Below, piece after piece: positions 46,413-55,625 of a stretch of 64,000 bases of DNA (position 1 is its first letter; every line of letters starts with the position of its first letter). The DNA is from an uncultured Candidatus Saccharibacteria bacterium. GTDB lineage: Bacteria; Patescibacteriota; Minisyncoccia; UBA6257; 2-01-FULL-56-20. Location of the stretch: NCBI GenBank assembly GCA_964484655.1, contig CAZAFA010000002.1:123860-187859 (forward strand). The letters are read 5' to 3'. A program made the position numbers and the translations under genes. Below the pieces are notes generated by a model that was not told the origin of the DNA, made no database searches, and saw only the letters and a program-made list of their open reading frames with translations.

Positions 46413-47623
46413 CAGGCCGTGAATGTCGCGAACCGGTGCTTGCCGACCTTCACCGTGATTGAGCCGGAAACCGGCGTTCCGGGATCGCCGATCTTCGCTC
46501 CGCTGCCCAGGTCGGTGACCGCTCCTTGGTCGAAGAGGCGCCTGCCGTCGGTCTTGGAATCGACGAGCGCGTGCATGACGAGCGCGTCGAGGAGCGCCGT
46601 CCCGGCGGGAACCGGGTATGACGGGATATCCGTCGGGATGCCACGCTCGCTGAAGGCTGCGATCCAGGATTCCTTCGCATGCTCCGCTGCCGCATCGTCG
46701 TGATACATGCGGACGATCTCCGTAGCGAGCTCGAGCTTGAGGTCCTTCGGGTTCGCGCCCTCGTCGAGTCGGCGCTTGATCGCCTCGACCTCGGCGACCG
46801 GCAGGCGCGTGCAGTCCAGGAAGACCTGCACGATGCCCTCGTCGGGAAGCGCCATGACCTTGCCGAACATGTCGGCAGGGGATTCGCCGAGTCCGACGCC
46901 CGTTCCCTTGCTCTTGCTCATGAGCGCCTCGCCGGTCGCGGGATTCTCCAGCAGCGTGGTCGCGAGGACGAACTTCTCGCGGTCCTGGTATCGCTTCACG
47001 AGCGTCCGGCCGGCCAGCATGTTGAAGGTCTGGTCGGTTCCGCCGATCTCCAGGTCCACCTCGAGCGCCACAGAGTCGTATCCTTGCATGAGCGGGTACA
47101 TGAATTCATGGACGTACAGCGGCTTCCGCTCTTTCAGCCGGCGCTCGAAGAGGTCGCGCTCGATCATGTGCTGGACCGTGAAGTTCGAGGCCAGGTCGAG
47201 CAGTTCCTCGAAGCCGAGCTTCGAGAGCCACTCGCTGTTGAAGCGGAACTCGATGGGGTTCTCCTGGTCGTCGAAGGGGAGTACCTTGCCGATCTGCTGC
47301 TTGAACGTCGCGAGGTTCTCCTGGACCTGCTCCTTGGTCAGGCGCGTGCGGACCGCGCCCTTGTCCGGGTCGCCGATCATGGCCGTGAAGTCGCCGACGA
47401 GCACGATGATGCGGTGACCGAGCTTGTGGAGCCGCTCGAGGAGGAGATAGTTCGTGGAGTGCCCCAGGTGGACGTAGGTGGAGGTCGGGTCGATGCCGAC
47501 GTAGGCCGTCAGGCGGCGTCCCGTGAGGAGCTCGGTCCTGAGCGCGTCGGCGCCCGGATAGACTGCTGCCACGGAGCGGGTGAGCAGCTCGTCGATCAGG
47601 GCGGGGTCGGTGACGGTCTTCAT
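46412..47623 (-). CDS. tyrS: tyrosyl-tRNA synthetase
   Basis: YVGIDPTSTYVHLGH (HIGH-type), KMSKS as EALMSKSKG; start at MKTVTD. Confidence 0.9.
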   Translation of the reverse strand: MKTVTDPALIDELLTRSVAAVYPGADALRTELLTGRRLTAYVGIDPTSTYVHLGHSTNYLLLERLHKLGHRIIVLVGDFTAMIGDPDKGAVRTRLTKEQVQENLATFKQQIGKVLPFDDQENPIEFRFNSEWLSKLGFEELLDLASNFTVQHMIERDLFERRLKERKPLYVHEFMYPLMQGYDSVALEVDLEIGGTDQTFNMLAGRTLVKRYQDREKFVLATTLLENPATGEALMSKSKGTGVGLGESPADMFGKVMALPDEGIVQVFLDCTRLPVAEVEAIKRRLDEGANPKDLKLELATEIVRMYHDDAAAEHAKESWIAAFSERGIPTDIPSYPVPAGTALLDALVMHALVDSKTDGRRLFDQGAVTDLGSGAKIGDPGTPVSGSITVKVGKHRFATFTA

Positions 47624-47670
47624 GAAGCAGAGTGTACCAGGCGTTGGCGGCTGCCTCACGCCGATTCCCG

Positions 47671-47733
47671 GGAATGTTTAGCGCCAAACATTCCTGACAA
47701 ACATGTTTGTCGCCCGGATTTGCTCGATTTCTG
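47671..47733. promoter_or_regulatory. second copy of the B+A palindrome module plus the shared 12-mer TTGCTCGATTTC
   Basis: GGAATGTTTAGCGCCAAACATTCC immediately followed by CTGACAAACATGTTTGTCG and TTTGCTCGATTTC; same arrangement as at 43119-43152 and 43254-43299. Confidence 0.8.
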
Positions 47734-47805
47734 AGCGGGTAAGGGGAGTCGAACCCCTGCCTTCTCCTTGGAAGGGAGACGCACTACCGCTATGCAATAC
47801 CCGCG
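47734..47805 (-). tRNA. tRNA-Gly (anticodon TCC)
   Basis: Folded by hand: acceptor GCGGGTA/TACCCGC, anticodon stem-loop TCTCC-CTTCCAA-GGAGA, T-arm GGGGT-TCGACTC-CCCCT. Confidence 0.8.
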
Positions 47806-47897
47806 GATGCCCGGTAATACTAGGGAGGCAGGAGGGCGCCTACAACCCGGTTCCGGAGGCTTCCCGCCTCCCGGGTCCAGGCCTACAATCCCTGTGC

Positions 47898-47971
47898 GGC
47901 ACCCATAGCTCAACGGTTAGAGCAGTCGTCTTATACACGACCGGTTCCTGGTTCGAGTCCAGGTGGGTGCA
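47898..47971 (+). tRNA. tRNA with anticodon TAT (Ile-UAU type)
   Basis: Acceptor GCACCCA/TGGGTGC, D-arm GCTC-AACGGTTA-GAGC, anticodon arm GTCGT-CTTATAC-ACGAC, T-arm CCTGG-TTCGAGT-CCAGG, discriminator A; CCA not encoded. Confidence 0.7.
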
Positions 47972-47974
47972 CAG

Positions 47975-48751
47975 CTAGGCGGCCTCGGAGGCCTCCCAGA
48001 TGAACATGAACCAGCTGCGGAGCATGCCCGCGAGCATCTCGTTCTCGACGAGTATCCCGAAGAGCTGGCGGTCCTTCAGCGCGTAGAAGGCGACCTGGTC
48101 GTCCCAGATCATGAGGTTGGACCAGAGGCGGATCGTCCCCTCAGGCTTCACCCGGATCTCGCGCAGGTACGTCGCGTCGTCGTTGAACTCGGCGCCCGGC
48201 AGCCGCTTCGGGCCGGGACGCAGCGCGAGGAGCCGCGTACCGAACTTCCTGCGGTACGCGTGATACTCGCGGAGGAAGGGCGTGCCGATCGACTTGTGTA
48301 TGTCGTACTCGGACCCTGCCACGAGCACTTCCTTAGAGCCGGCGTTCACGCTTCGCCAGAGCATCTTCTTGATGTTCTCCGCGCCGTCGAAGTACGAGAC
48401 GCGCGAGAAAGGGGAGGGTCCCGCGTCCAGCGCGGCGAACGCAGGGAGCAGCTCCTCGAGATCCTTCTCGAGCGAGCGCGTGGCTTCCACGCGCTCGCGT
48501 ATCAGAGCCTTGAGCTCGCCGGGCGGGTTCGCCTTGATGCGTCGCCCGTAGGCGGCGCCGACCTGATGGACGAAGCCCTTCTCCTCGAGCTTGCGGACGA
48601 CGTCGTACGCGTTCGTGCGGGTGAGGCCGAGCCTCTTCGCGAGCTGGCTCACGGCCACGGGCCCGGCCTTAAGGCAGAAGAGGTAGGTCTCCGATTCTCG
48701 TCCGGAGAGTCCCATGCGATCGAGGAAGGCAGCGAGGCCGCGGGCTGACAT
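47975..48751 (-). CDS. TrmB-family-like transcriptional regulator (N-terminal wHTH + C-terminal domain)
   Basis: Start at MSARGL; HTH region VAVSQLAKRLGLTRTNAYDVVRKLEEKGFV. Confidence 0.55.
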   Translation of the reverse strand: MSARGLAAFLDRMGLSGRESETYLFCLKAGPVAVSQLAKRLGLTRTNAYDVVRKLEEKGFVHQVGAAYGRRIKANPPGELKALIRERVEATRSLEKDLEELLPAFAALDAGPSPFSRVSYFDGAENIKKMLWRSVNAGSKEVLVAGSEYDIHKSIGTPFLREYHAYRRKFGTRLLALRPGPKRLPGAEFNDDATYLREIRVKPEGTIRLWSNLMIWDDQVAFYALKDRQLFGILVENEMLAGMLRSWFMFIWEASEAA

Positions 48752-48830
48752 GTTGTCGAAATTATATCGACACATATACGGATAGGAAGGAGTGCGGTTA
48801 CCTGTCCGCAGTCATGGAGGACAACCAAAT

Positions 48831-49376
48831 ATGAATATGAATATGAATACATACGAACTTAGAAAAGTATCGCCGTATACGAAGGAGCCCTGGCTGAGCC
48901 TCGTCGAGGTCATGGGTGAGATGACGACGGAGCTGACGAGGAAGTTCCGCTCGGAAGGCCTGCTGCCGTTCCTCGACCTGTGGGGAATGGACGTGTACCG
49001 CACGAGCTTCCGGCGCGTGCCGATCTGGCAGCGCGAGCTCAAGCGGTGGGCGGATCGCATCAACCTGGACGAGATGGCTGCCGAGGTCATCTGGACGCTC
49101 GATGACAGCGCCGAGGTGCACTGGCACGACAACGCGTACGCGCTGCTGACCGTTCTCGGTCCGCATGAAGGCGTCGCGGAGCCGGAGGGCACGATCTACT
49201 TCAAGGAGCTCGCGATCCCGGCCGTGTCAGGCATCACGCTCGACGTGCCGCCGGGCACGAAGCACGGGTTCAGCGTCCCCAGCGGCGATCCGCTCCAGGG
49301 TGACGAGCCGGAGAACCCGATCGTCTTCCTGAGCATCCAGTCGCGGAAGATCGGCGACGACTTCCACGTCGCGTGA
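48831..49376 (+). CDS. hypothetical protein, possible cupin fold
   Basis: GGAGGA RBS, then ATG at the (ATGAAT)x3 repeat. Two His-containing motifs (VHWHDNAY, PPGTKHGF) hint at a cupin fold. Confidence 0.4.
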   Translation: MNMNMNTYELRKVSPYTKEPWLSLVEVMGEMTTELTRKFRSEGLLPFLDLWGMDVYRTSFRRVPIWQRELKRWADRINLDEMAAEVIWTLDDSAEVHWHDNAYALLTVLGPHEGVAEPEGTIYFKELAIPAVSGITLDVPPGTKHGFSVPSGDPLQGDEPENPIVFLSIQSRKIGDDFHVA

Positions 49377-49413
49377 TTGAGAAAGAAGCCAGGCGCATGC
49401 CTGGCTTCTTCGC

Positions 49414-50145
49414 TTAGAACGTGACGATGGTCGTCGTCGGCGTTGCGCTCGTTCCCGGAAGCGTCAGGGTCGAGGTCGTGCCGTCGACCGTCGAGGTCGT
49501 CGACGTGGTGACCAGCGGAGGCTCGAAGAAGATGCGGCGCGAGTCGGAACGGCTCCTGCCGAGGAACTTCGTCGCCTGCACGGTGAAGTCGTTCGGCACG
49601 TTCGGCTGGAGCGTGACCTCCTTGCTCCACGCGCCGTCGCTCGTGAGCGGCACCGCCTCGCCGTTGATCGTGACGCGCGATCCCGGCGTCGCGGTTCCCG
49701 CGAGCGTGGCAGGGCTCTCCGTCATGACGACGCCGTCGCGGTCAGGGGTGACTATCGCGAGCTCGGGCAGCCCGATGATGGCCGCGAAGCGGAACGCGAG
49801 GTAGGCGAGCGCGGCGAGCAGGAGCGGGATGCCCCAGAGCACCCAGCCGGGGATGCGGTTGCGCGAGAAGCGGTTGCGCGGCATGCGGTCCGCGGTTCCC
49901 GAGCTCGGGACCGGGGCGGTACGCTTGAGCTGCTGCCACCAGGACTCGCCGTCGAACTGGAGGTACTCGCCCAGCTTCACGAGGTAGCCGTGCATGTAGG
50001 GCGCGGCAGGAAGGCCCGCCGGATCGCCCGCGACGAGCTGCTCGAGGACGTGCTCGGGGATGCCCGTCGCATGGGCCGTCCGGTGGACGGTCTCCTTGCG
50101 CTCGCGCAGCTGGCTGTTCAGGAAGGCGGCGAATTCGTCGTACAT
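49414..50145 (-). CDS. RodZ-like protein (N-terminal HTH, single TM, Thr/Ser-rich C-terminal domain)
   Basis: N-terminal helix-turn-helix-like segment (TVHRTAHATGIPEHVLEQLVAGD), TM WVLWGIPLLLAALAYLAF, then a periplasmic region ending in a T/S-rich stretch. Confidence 0.45.
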   Translation of the reverse strand: MYDEFAAFLNSQLRERKETVHRTAHATGIPEHVLEQLVAGDPAGLPAAPYMHGYLVKLGEYLQFDGESWWQQLKRTAPVPSSGTADRMPRNRFSRNRIPGWVLWGIPLLLAALAYLAFRFAAIIGLPELAIVTPDRDGVVMTESPATLAGTATPGSRVTINGEAVPLTSDGAWSKEVTLQPNVPNDFTVQATKFLGRSRSDSRRIFFEPPLVTTSTTSTVDGTTSTLTLPGTSATPTTTIVTF

Positions 50146-50149
50146 GCCG

Positions 50150-52321
50150 CTATCCTTCCAGATAGTCCTCTATCTTGTCCATGTAGACCTCCCGGGGCTT
50201 GGCGCCCTCGCCCGGGCCTATGAAATCCTTGGCCTCCATGATGTCCAGGAGACGCGCCGCGCGGGCGTAGCCCACCTTGAGCCTGCGCTGGAGCAGGGAG
50301 GCAGAGGCCTTCTGAGCCATGGCAACGGTCGTCACGGCCTCCTTCAGGAGCTCGTCCTCCTCTTCGCCGTCCTCGAGGAAGGTGTCGAGGTCCTCGAGCG
50401 AGTTCGCGGCAGGCCGCTCCTCGCCCTCCTCGACGTCGGCGCCCGAAGGGATGATGTCGTTGTGCTCCTTCACGTAGTCGGTGACCTTCTGGATCTCCTC
50501 CTCGGAGACGAAGGCGCCCTGGATGCGCTTCGGCTGCGTGTGCTGCGGGGAGAGGAAGAGGAGGTCGCCGCCGCCGAGGAGGCGCTCGGCGCCGGACGCG
50601 TCGAGGATGGTGCGCGAGTCGATCTGGCTCGCGACCTGGAGCGCGACGCGGTTGGTGATGTTCGCCTTGATGAGGCCCGTGATGACCTCCACGCTCGGGC
50701 GCTGGGTCGCGAGTATGAGGTGGATGCCGGTCGCGCGCGCCATCTGCGCGAGGCGGATGATGTAGCCCTCGACCTCGCGGCCGAAGGTGGCCATGAGGTC
50801 CGCCATCTCGTCGATGACGATGACGATGTAGGGCATGGACGAGTCCTTGTGCTTGGCGTTGTACGAGCCGATGTCGCGGCTGCCGACCTGCGCGAAGAGC
50901 TCGTAGCGCTGCTCCATCTCCTGGATCGCCCAGCGGAGCACCGCGAGCGCCTTCTTGTTCTCGGTCACCACCGGAAGCGCGAGGTGCGGCAGGCTCGCGT
51001 ACATGGACAGCTCCACGCGCTTGGGGTCGACGAGGACCAGGCGAAGGGTTGCCGGCGAGTTCTTGAACAGCAGCGAGGTGAGCACGGTGTGCACGAAGAT
51101 GGACTTGCCCGACCCGGTGGCGCCCGCGATCAGCAGATGCGGCATCTTCGCGATGTTGGCGAAGATCGGCTCGCCGCTGACGTCGCGGCCGAGCGGTACG
51201 CCGAGCGGGCCGCTCGCCATGAACTCCGGATAGTTGAGCAGGTTGCCGAGGCGCACCGTCGCGGCGGACTTGTTCGGGACCTCGATGCCGACGAGGCTCT
51301 TGCCCGGGATAGGCGCCTCGATGCGGATCGGATGCGCGGCCAGAGCGAGCGAGAGATCCTGGTTGAGGCCCGTGATGCGGGCGAGCTTCACGCCATCCGC
51401 GGGCTTGAGCGCGTACCGGGTGACCTTCGGGCCGACGGTGATCTCGCCCATGTCGACGGCGATGCCGAAGCTCTCGAGCGTGCGCTTGATGATGTTCGCG
51501 TTCGCGCGCAGGTCCTCCGTGCCCGGCTTCTCCGAGGCCGATACCAGCAGCGAGATCGGCGGCGGGTTGTAGTCCGCGGGGAGGCCCTGGAGCACCTCGC
51601 CCTTCTTCGGCTTCACGTCAGCCGCGGCCTTGCGGCTGCCGCGGCGGGGCGCCTCTTCCTCCTCGTCTTCCTCGATTTCCTCGCCGTCCGCCGCGATCGT
51701 CGGGTCCTCCTCGATCTCTTCCTCCTCGTCGATCGGGAAGTCCTCGTACTCGTCGACGAACGGCTCGGCGCCATCCTCCGGCTCCGTCTCTGCCCGCGGG
51801 GCGCGGAACGAGGCCCAGAGGCCGGACAGGTGCAGCGGGCGGTTCGCGGCGATGAGGATGCCCGCGATCAGGAAGATCGCGTTGAGGATGCCCGCGGCGA
51901 GGCGGCCGAAGGGGAACACGAGGAAGCCGAACGTGAGCCCCAGGTAGCCGCCCGCGAGATGCGCGTAGACCTCGAGGAGGCCGAGGCTCGCGAAGAGCGC
52001 GAGCGCCGCGCCGGCGAGGACGGTCTTGAGGATGCCGCGCTTCCGCGAGAGCAGGAGCAGGGTCGCCGCGCCCACGAGGATCAGCGGGAAGATCATGTAG
52101 CCGAGGCCGAAGAGCGCCGTGAGGACCGCGGCGATCCACGCGCCCGCCGGGCCCGCCTTCCCGAACTTCGCGAGGAGCAGGATCACGGCGATGCCGAAGA
52201 GGAGCACGCCGGCGACGTTCGCGCGCGTGTCAGGGTGCAGGTCGGCGTAGACGCCCTTGATCGGGGCGACCGCGCGTGCGCCGAGCTTCCGCTCGGTCTC
52301 GGGGGCTTTCTTCCTCGCCAT
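50150..52321 (-). CDS. ftsK: DNA translocase FtsK/SpoIIIE
   Basis: Four N-terminal TM helices, acidic linker, motor domain with Walker A LIAGATGSGKS and Walker B VIVIDEMADL, C-terminal gamma winged helix. Confidence 0.9.
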   Translation of the reverse strand: MARKKAPETERKLGARAVAPIKGVYADLHPDTRANVAGVLLFGIAVILLLAKFGKAGPAGAWIAAVLTALFGLGYMIFPLILVGAATLLLLSRKRGILKTVLAGAALALFASLGLLEVYAHLAGGYLGLTFGFLVFPFGRLAAGILNAIFLIAGILIAANRPLHLSGLWASFRAPRAETEPEDGAEPFVDEYEDFPIDEEEEIEEDPTIAADGEEIEEDEEEEAPRRGSRKAAADVKPKKGEVLQGLPADYNPPPISLLVSASEKPGTEDLRANANIIKRTLESFGIAVDMGEITVGPKVTRYALKPADGVKLARITGLNQDLSLALAAHPIRIEAPIPGKSLVGIEVPNKSAATVRLGNLLNYPEFMASGPLGVPLGRDVSGEPIFANIAKMPHLLIAGATGSGKSIFVHTVLTSLLFKNSPATLRLVLVDPKRVELSMYASLPHLALPVVTENKKALAVLRWAIQEMEQRYELFAQVGSRDIGSYNAKHKDSSMPYIVIVIDEMADLMATFGREVEGYIIRLAQMARATGIHLILATQRPSVEVITGLIKANITNRVALQVASQIDSRTILDASGAERLLGGGDLLFLSPQHTQPKRIQGAFVSEEEIQKVTDYVKEHNDIIPSGADVEEGEERPAANSLEDLDTFLEDGEEEDELLKEAVTTVAMAQKASASLLQRRLKVGYARAARLLDIMEAKDFIGPGEGAKPREVYMDKIEDYLEG

Positions 52322-52449
52322 GGATATCTGAATTAAATAGGAAAACGGACGCTACGGGAAGGACGCATCCGTACGCGCTATGGACACGGCATTGGGTGCG
52401 TGTCATAAGGTGAGCGCTCTGAGACAACTGAAGAAAGGAGGACAAGGAC

Positions 52450-53010
52450 TTGAAGAGAGCGATAATCACGGTGACCGGCCTCGCGGGCACGGGCACCTCG
52501 ACGGCGGCGAAGAACGCCGCGCAGAAGCTGCTGCTGAGCTACTGGTCGTCCGGGGACCACTTCCGGAAGATCGCGCAGGAACGCGGGATCAGCCTTCCCG
52601 AGCTCGTCGAGCTCGCGAAGACGGACGCCTCCGTGGACGACCTGATAGACGGCACGATCAAGGAACTAGGGAAGGGGCGCGGATACGCGATCGATTCGCG
52701 TATCGCGTACCACTTCATCCCGGACTCGTTCAAGGTGCGGCTGCACGCGTCTCCCGAGGCGACGGCGCAGCGCATCTACGCGCAGCTCGTCGCGAAGGAC
52801 CGCATCAGCGAGAGCGCGGAGAGCCTCGAGGAGGTGCTCGCCGCGAACGAGCGGCGGCGCGTCAGCGACCGCGAGCGGTATCTCGGGAAGTACGGCGTGG
52901 ACCTCGAGGACGTGTCCGGGTTCGATCTCGAGATCGATACCGGGGTCGTCGGCATCGAGGAGATGACCGAGCTGATATGCGCGCGCTACCGCGCATGGCT
53001 GCAGGCCTGA
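52450..53010 (+). CDS. cmk: cytidylate kinase, short archaeal-type
   Basis: P-loop TGLAGTGTSTAAK; overall similarity to archaeal-type CMP kinases (...SSGDHFRKIAQERGISLPEL...); 186 aa. Confidence 0.65.
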   Translation: MKRAIITVTGLAGTGTSTAAKNAAQKLLLSYWSSGDHFRKIAQERGISLPELVELAKTDASVDDLIDGTIKELGKGRGYAIDSRIAYHFIPDSFKVRLHASPEATAQRIYAQLVAKDRISESAESLEEVLAANERRRVSDRERYLGKYGVDLEDVSGFDLEIDTGVVGIEEMTELICARYRAWLQA

Positions 53011-53074
53011 GGAGGAAAAGGAGGCGTGAAAGCGCCTCTTTTGCATTTCGCGAGCGGGCGCCTAGAGTGTCCCT

Positions 53075-53674
53075 ATGGCAGTGCAGGGGGACACGGTCGT
53101 CTTCGACATCGAGACGAGCAACTTCTTCACCAGCCCCGAGGTGGGCTGGGGCAACTTCGCCGCGCTCAAGGTCTCGGTCGTGGGCATGTACTCCTACGAC
53201 CGTGACGAGTACCGCTGCGTGGGTCCGGACGATCAGGACGTCCTCCGGGAGTGGTTCGGCGCTGCGCGGCGCATCGTCGGGTTCGCCTCGAACCGGTACG
53301 ACGTGCCCGTGATGAACCTCCTCTTCAAGGAATGGGGCGCCGAGGCGGGCGGATCGCTCGACCTCTGGCGCAAGGACCGCGTCGACCTCCTCGAGGAGAT
53401 CGAGCTCGCGACCGGGCGGCGCGTCGGCCTCGGGCGTCTCGCCGAGGCGAACCTGGGCGAGGCGAAGTCGGGCCACGGCAGCGAGGCGATCGCGCTCTAC
53501 GAGCAGGGCCGCATCGAGGAGCTCAAGGCGTACTGCCTCAAGGACGTGGAGCTCACCAAGCGCCTCTACGACCAGTTCCTCGCCGAGCGCGCCTTCCTGG
53601 TGCCCGACCCCTACACCGACGAGCCGAAACGGATCACCTTCGATGCGCCTTCCCTCCAGCTACCGCTATTTTGA
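53075..53674 (+). CDS. DEDD-type 3'-5' exonuclease-like protein (RNase H-like fold)
   Basis: Exo I-like VFDIETS and Exo III-like YCLKDVELTKRLY motifs. Confidence 0.5.
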   Translation: MAVQGDTVVFDIETSNFFTSPEVGWGNFAALKVSVVGMYSYDRDEYRCVGPDDQDVLREWFGAARRIVGFASNRYDVPVMNLLFKEWGAEAGGSLDLWRKDRVDLLEEIELATGRRVGLGRLAEANLGEAKSGHGSEAIALYEQGRIEELKAYCLKDVELTKRLYDQFLAERAFLVPDPYTDEPKRITFDAPSLQLPLF

Positions 53675-54797
53675 TCACGCGGCCGGATGGCCCGTGCGCG
53701 AGGAGGCGCTGACCGCCTATGTCGCGGCGGCGCGCGCTTTCGGCAACCCGGGCTCGGTGCACCGCGCGGGGCAGCGCGCGCTCGCGCTGCTCGACGCGGC
53801 CCGCGAGGAGCTCGCCGGCGCGATCGGGTGCGAGCCGGGAGAGGTCGTCTTCGCCGCCACCGCGACCGAGGCGGACAACCTCGCCGTGCTCGGCACGGTG
53901 AAGGCTTGGAAGCGGCTGCACCCGGGAAGGAAGCCGAAGGTCGTCATCTCGGCGCTCGAGCATGACGCGGTGCGCGTGCCCGCGGAGCGTCTCGCCGAAG
54001 CCGGCGCGATCGAGCTCGTCGTGATCCCGGTGGACCAGGAGCGCGGCCTCGACCTCAAGGAGCTCGAGGCGCATCTCGGCGACGACGCTGCGCTGGTCTC
54101 CGTCATGCACGCGAGCAACGAGACCGGCACGCTCCTTCCGATAGCGCGCGTCGCGCGCCTCGTCGCGGACTACCGGGACGGGGACGCATGGCCGCGCTTC
54201 CACGTCGACGCGGCGCAGGCGCTCGCGTACGTTCCCGAGCTCGCGACCGCGCACGCCGATCTCGTGACCTACTCCGGGTACAAGGTCGGCGGCGTCGCGG
54301 GAAGCGCCTGCCTGGTCGTGAAGGACCGCAGCCTCCTCGACGCAACGGTCGTCGGCGGGGGACAGGAGCGCGGCATGCGCGCGGGGACGGAAGACGTCGC
54401 TGCCGCTGCGGCGTTCGCGCGCGCCGCGACGCTGGTGCGGAAGGACGTAGCTCATGAGACGAAGCGGTTGGAGAAGCTGAAGACGCTCCTTATAAAGGAG
54501 CTCGCGGATAAGTCGCCGCGCATCGAGCAGAACGCTGCTGAGATGGAGAGCGCGCCGCATATCTCGAGCTTGTGGGTGCCGGGCACGCACGCGCAGCAGA
54601 CCGTCGCGCGCCTCGATCTCGCAGGATTCGCGCTCGGCGCTGGGTCGGCATGCAGCGCGCGGAGCCTCGAGCCGAGCAAGGCGCTGCTGGCCCTGGGATA
54701 CGGAAAGGCTCGCGCGGAGGAATCCGTGCGCGTCAGCTTCGGGCCTGAGACGAGCGATGACGACGTGCGGGCGCTTGCCGAGGCGTTGGGGCAGTAG
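53643..54797 (+). CDS. cysteine desulfurase (class V aminotransferase, NifS/IscS family)
   Basis: PLP-lysine region SGYKVGG, catalytic Cys loop GSACSARS; 384 aa. Confidence 0.85.
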   Translation: MRLPSSYRYFDHAAGWPVREEALTAYVAAARAFGNPGSVHRAGQRALALLDAAREELAGAIGCEPGEVVFAATATEADNLAVLGTVKAWKRLHPGRKPKVVISALEHDAVRVPAERLAEAGAIELVVIPVDQERGLDLKELEAHLGDDAALVSVMHASNETGTLLPIARVARLVADYRDGDAWPRFHVDAAQALAYVPELATAHADLVTYSGYKVGGVAGSACLVVKDRSLLDATVVGGGQERGMRAGTEDVAAAAAFARAATLVRKDVAHETKRLEKLKTLLIKELADKSPRIEQNAAEMESAPHISSLWVPGTHAQQTVARLDLAGFALGAGSACSARSLEPSKALLALGYGKARAEESVRVSFGPETSDDDVRALAEALGQ

Positions 54798-54820
54798 CGA
54801 TCAGCCGGTATAGTGCTTGC

Positions 54821-55219
54821 ATGACCAAGCAACCGAACCGGGAGAAGTACGTGGATGGATTCGTTTTCTCGGTGCCCGAGAAGAACGTGGCCGCATACAA
54901 GAAGATGGCGCGCGAAGGAGCGCGGATCTGGAAGCAGTTCGGCGCTCTCGATTACAAGGAGTGCAAGGGAGATGAGCTCGTTCCCAAGAAGGCGCCGGGC
55001 ATGCCCGTGCCGCTCACGTTCACGAAGATCGCCGGCGCGAAGAAGGGAGAGACCGTGTGGTTCTCGTTCATCACGTTCAAGAGCAAGGCGCACCGCAATC
55101 AGGTGAACAAGAAGGTCATGCAGTACTTCAACGAGAAGTACGCGGACAAGAAGGACGAGCCGATGCCGTTCGACGTTAGGCGGATGGCGTACGGAGGATT
55201 CTCGGTCGAGGTCGATTGA
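54821..55219 (+). CDS. DUF1428-family protein
   Basis: EKYVDGFVFSVPEKNVAAYKKMAREGARIWKQFGAL resembles the DUF1428 family; 132 aa. Confidence 0.65.
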   Translation: MTKQPNREKYVDGFVFSVPEKNVAAYKKMAREGARIWKQFGALDYKECKGDELVPKKAPGMPVPLTFTKIAGAKKGETVWFSFITFKSKAHRNQVNKKVMQYFNEKYADKKDEPMPFDVRRMAYGGFSVEVD

Positions 55220-55241
55220 GGAAGAGGCCAGGCCAGAAATC

Positions 55242-55272
55242 TTGACTTACAACATATAAGTCAGCATTATCC
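55242..55272 (+). promoter_or_regulatory. sigma70-like promoter (TTGACT-N17-CATTAT) inside a near-palindrome
   Basis: CTTGACTTACAACATATAAGTCAGCATTAT. Confidence 0.4.
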
Positions 55273-55625
55273 TCCTCGGTAGATTGGTAACTCAAAGCAA
55301 GGGTCGCGAAGACGGCTTGGCGTCTCGGGGTTCGATCCCCCGTGGAGAACGGTTCCAGCTGACTGATGCGAGGGTGTGAGCAGTAGATAAGGAGGGAGAG
55401 TATGAAACCCGGAAACGAACCGGTGTGGACTCGCCACTGAAAAACCTCCTCTCACATCTGCGTCAGCTCATCGGTATCAGGGACGAGTATACGCGGTGCG
55501 TGCCGGTCCAGGTTATCGGCAGCTCTTACGAGCATTCGCTACTGCAGGCCACGGTCTGATGCAGATATCGCAGGGAACCCCAACTATGGAACAGGCTCAC
55601 CGCACGGTGAGCCTGTTTTCGTTTC
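55273..55625 (+). ncRNA. candidate structured RNA with tRNA-like T-arm and an SD/uORF/anti-SD unit (unidentified)
   Basis: T-arm-like CGGGG-TTCGATC-CCCCG at about 55326-55342. AAGGAGGG, then ATG opening a 12-codon ORF (MKPGNEPVWTRH*). The downstream CCUCCU is complementary to the SD. Terminal hairpin CAGGCTCACCG-CAC-GGTGAGCCTG + TTTTCGTTT (about 55591-55625). No plus-strand gene downstream. Confidence 0.35.

Noticed and set aside
47703-47978. 91-aa plus-strand ORF
   Set aside because: It lies on top of two tRNA genes and the divergent promoter region.
55273-55625. tmRNA (ssrA), standard or permuted
   Set aside because: Only a T-arm is present. I could not pair a G-U containing acceptor stem on either side. 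No ...ALAA-stop tag frame. It is kept as an unidentified ncRNA candidate instead.
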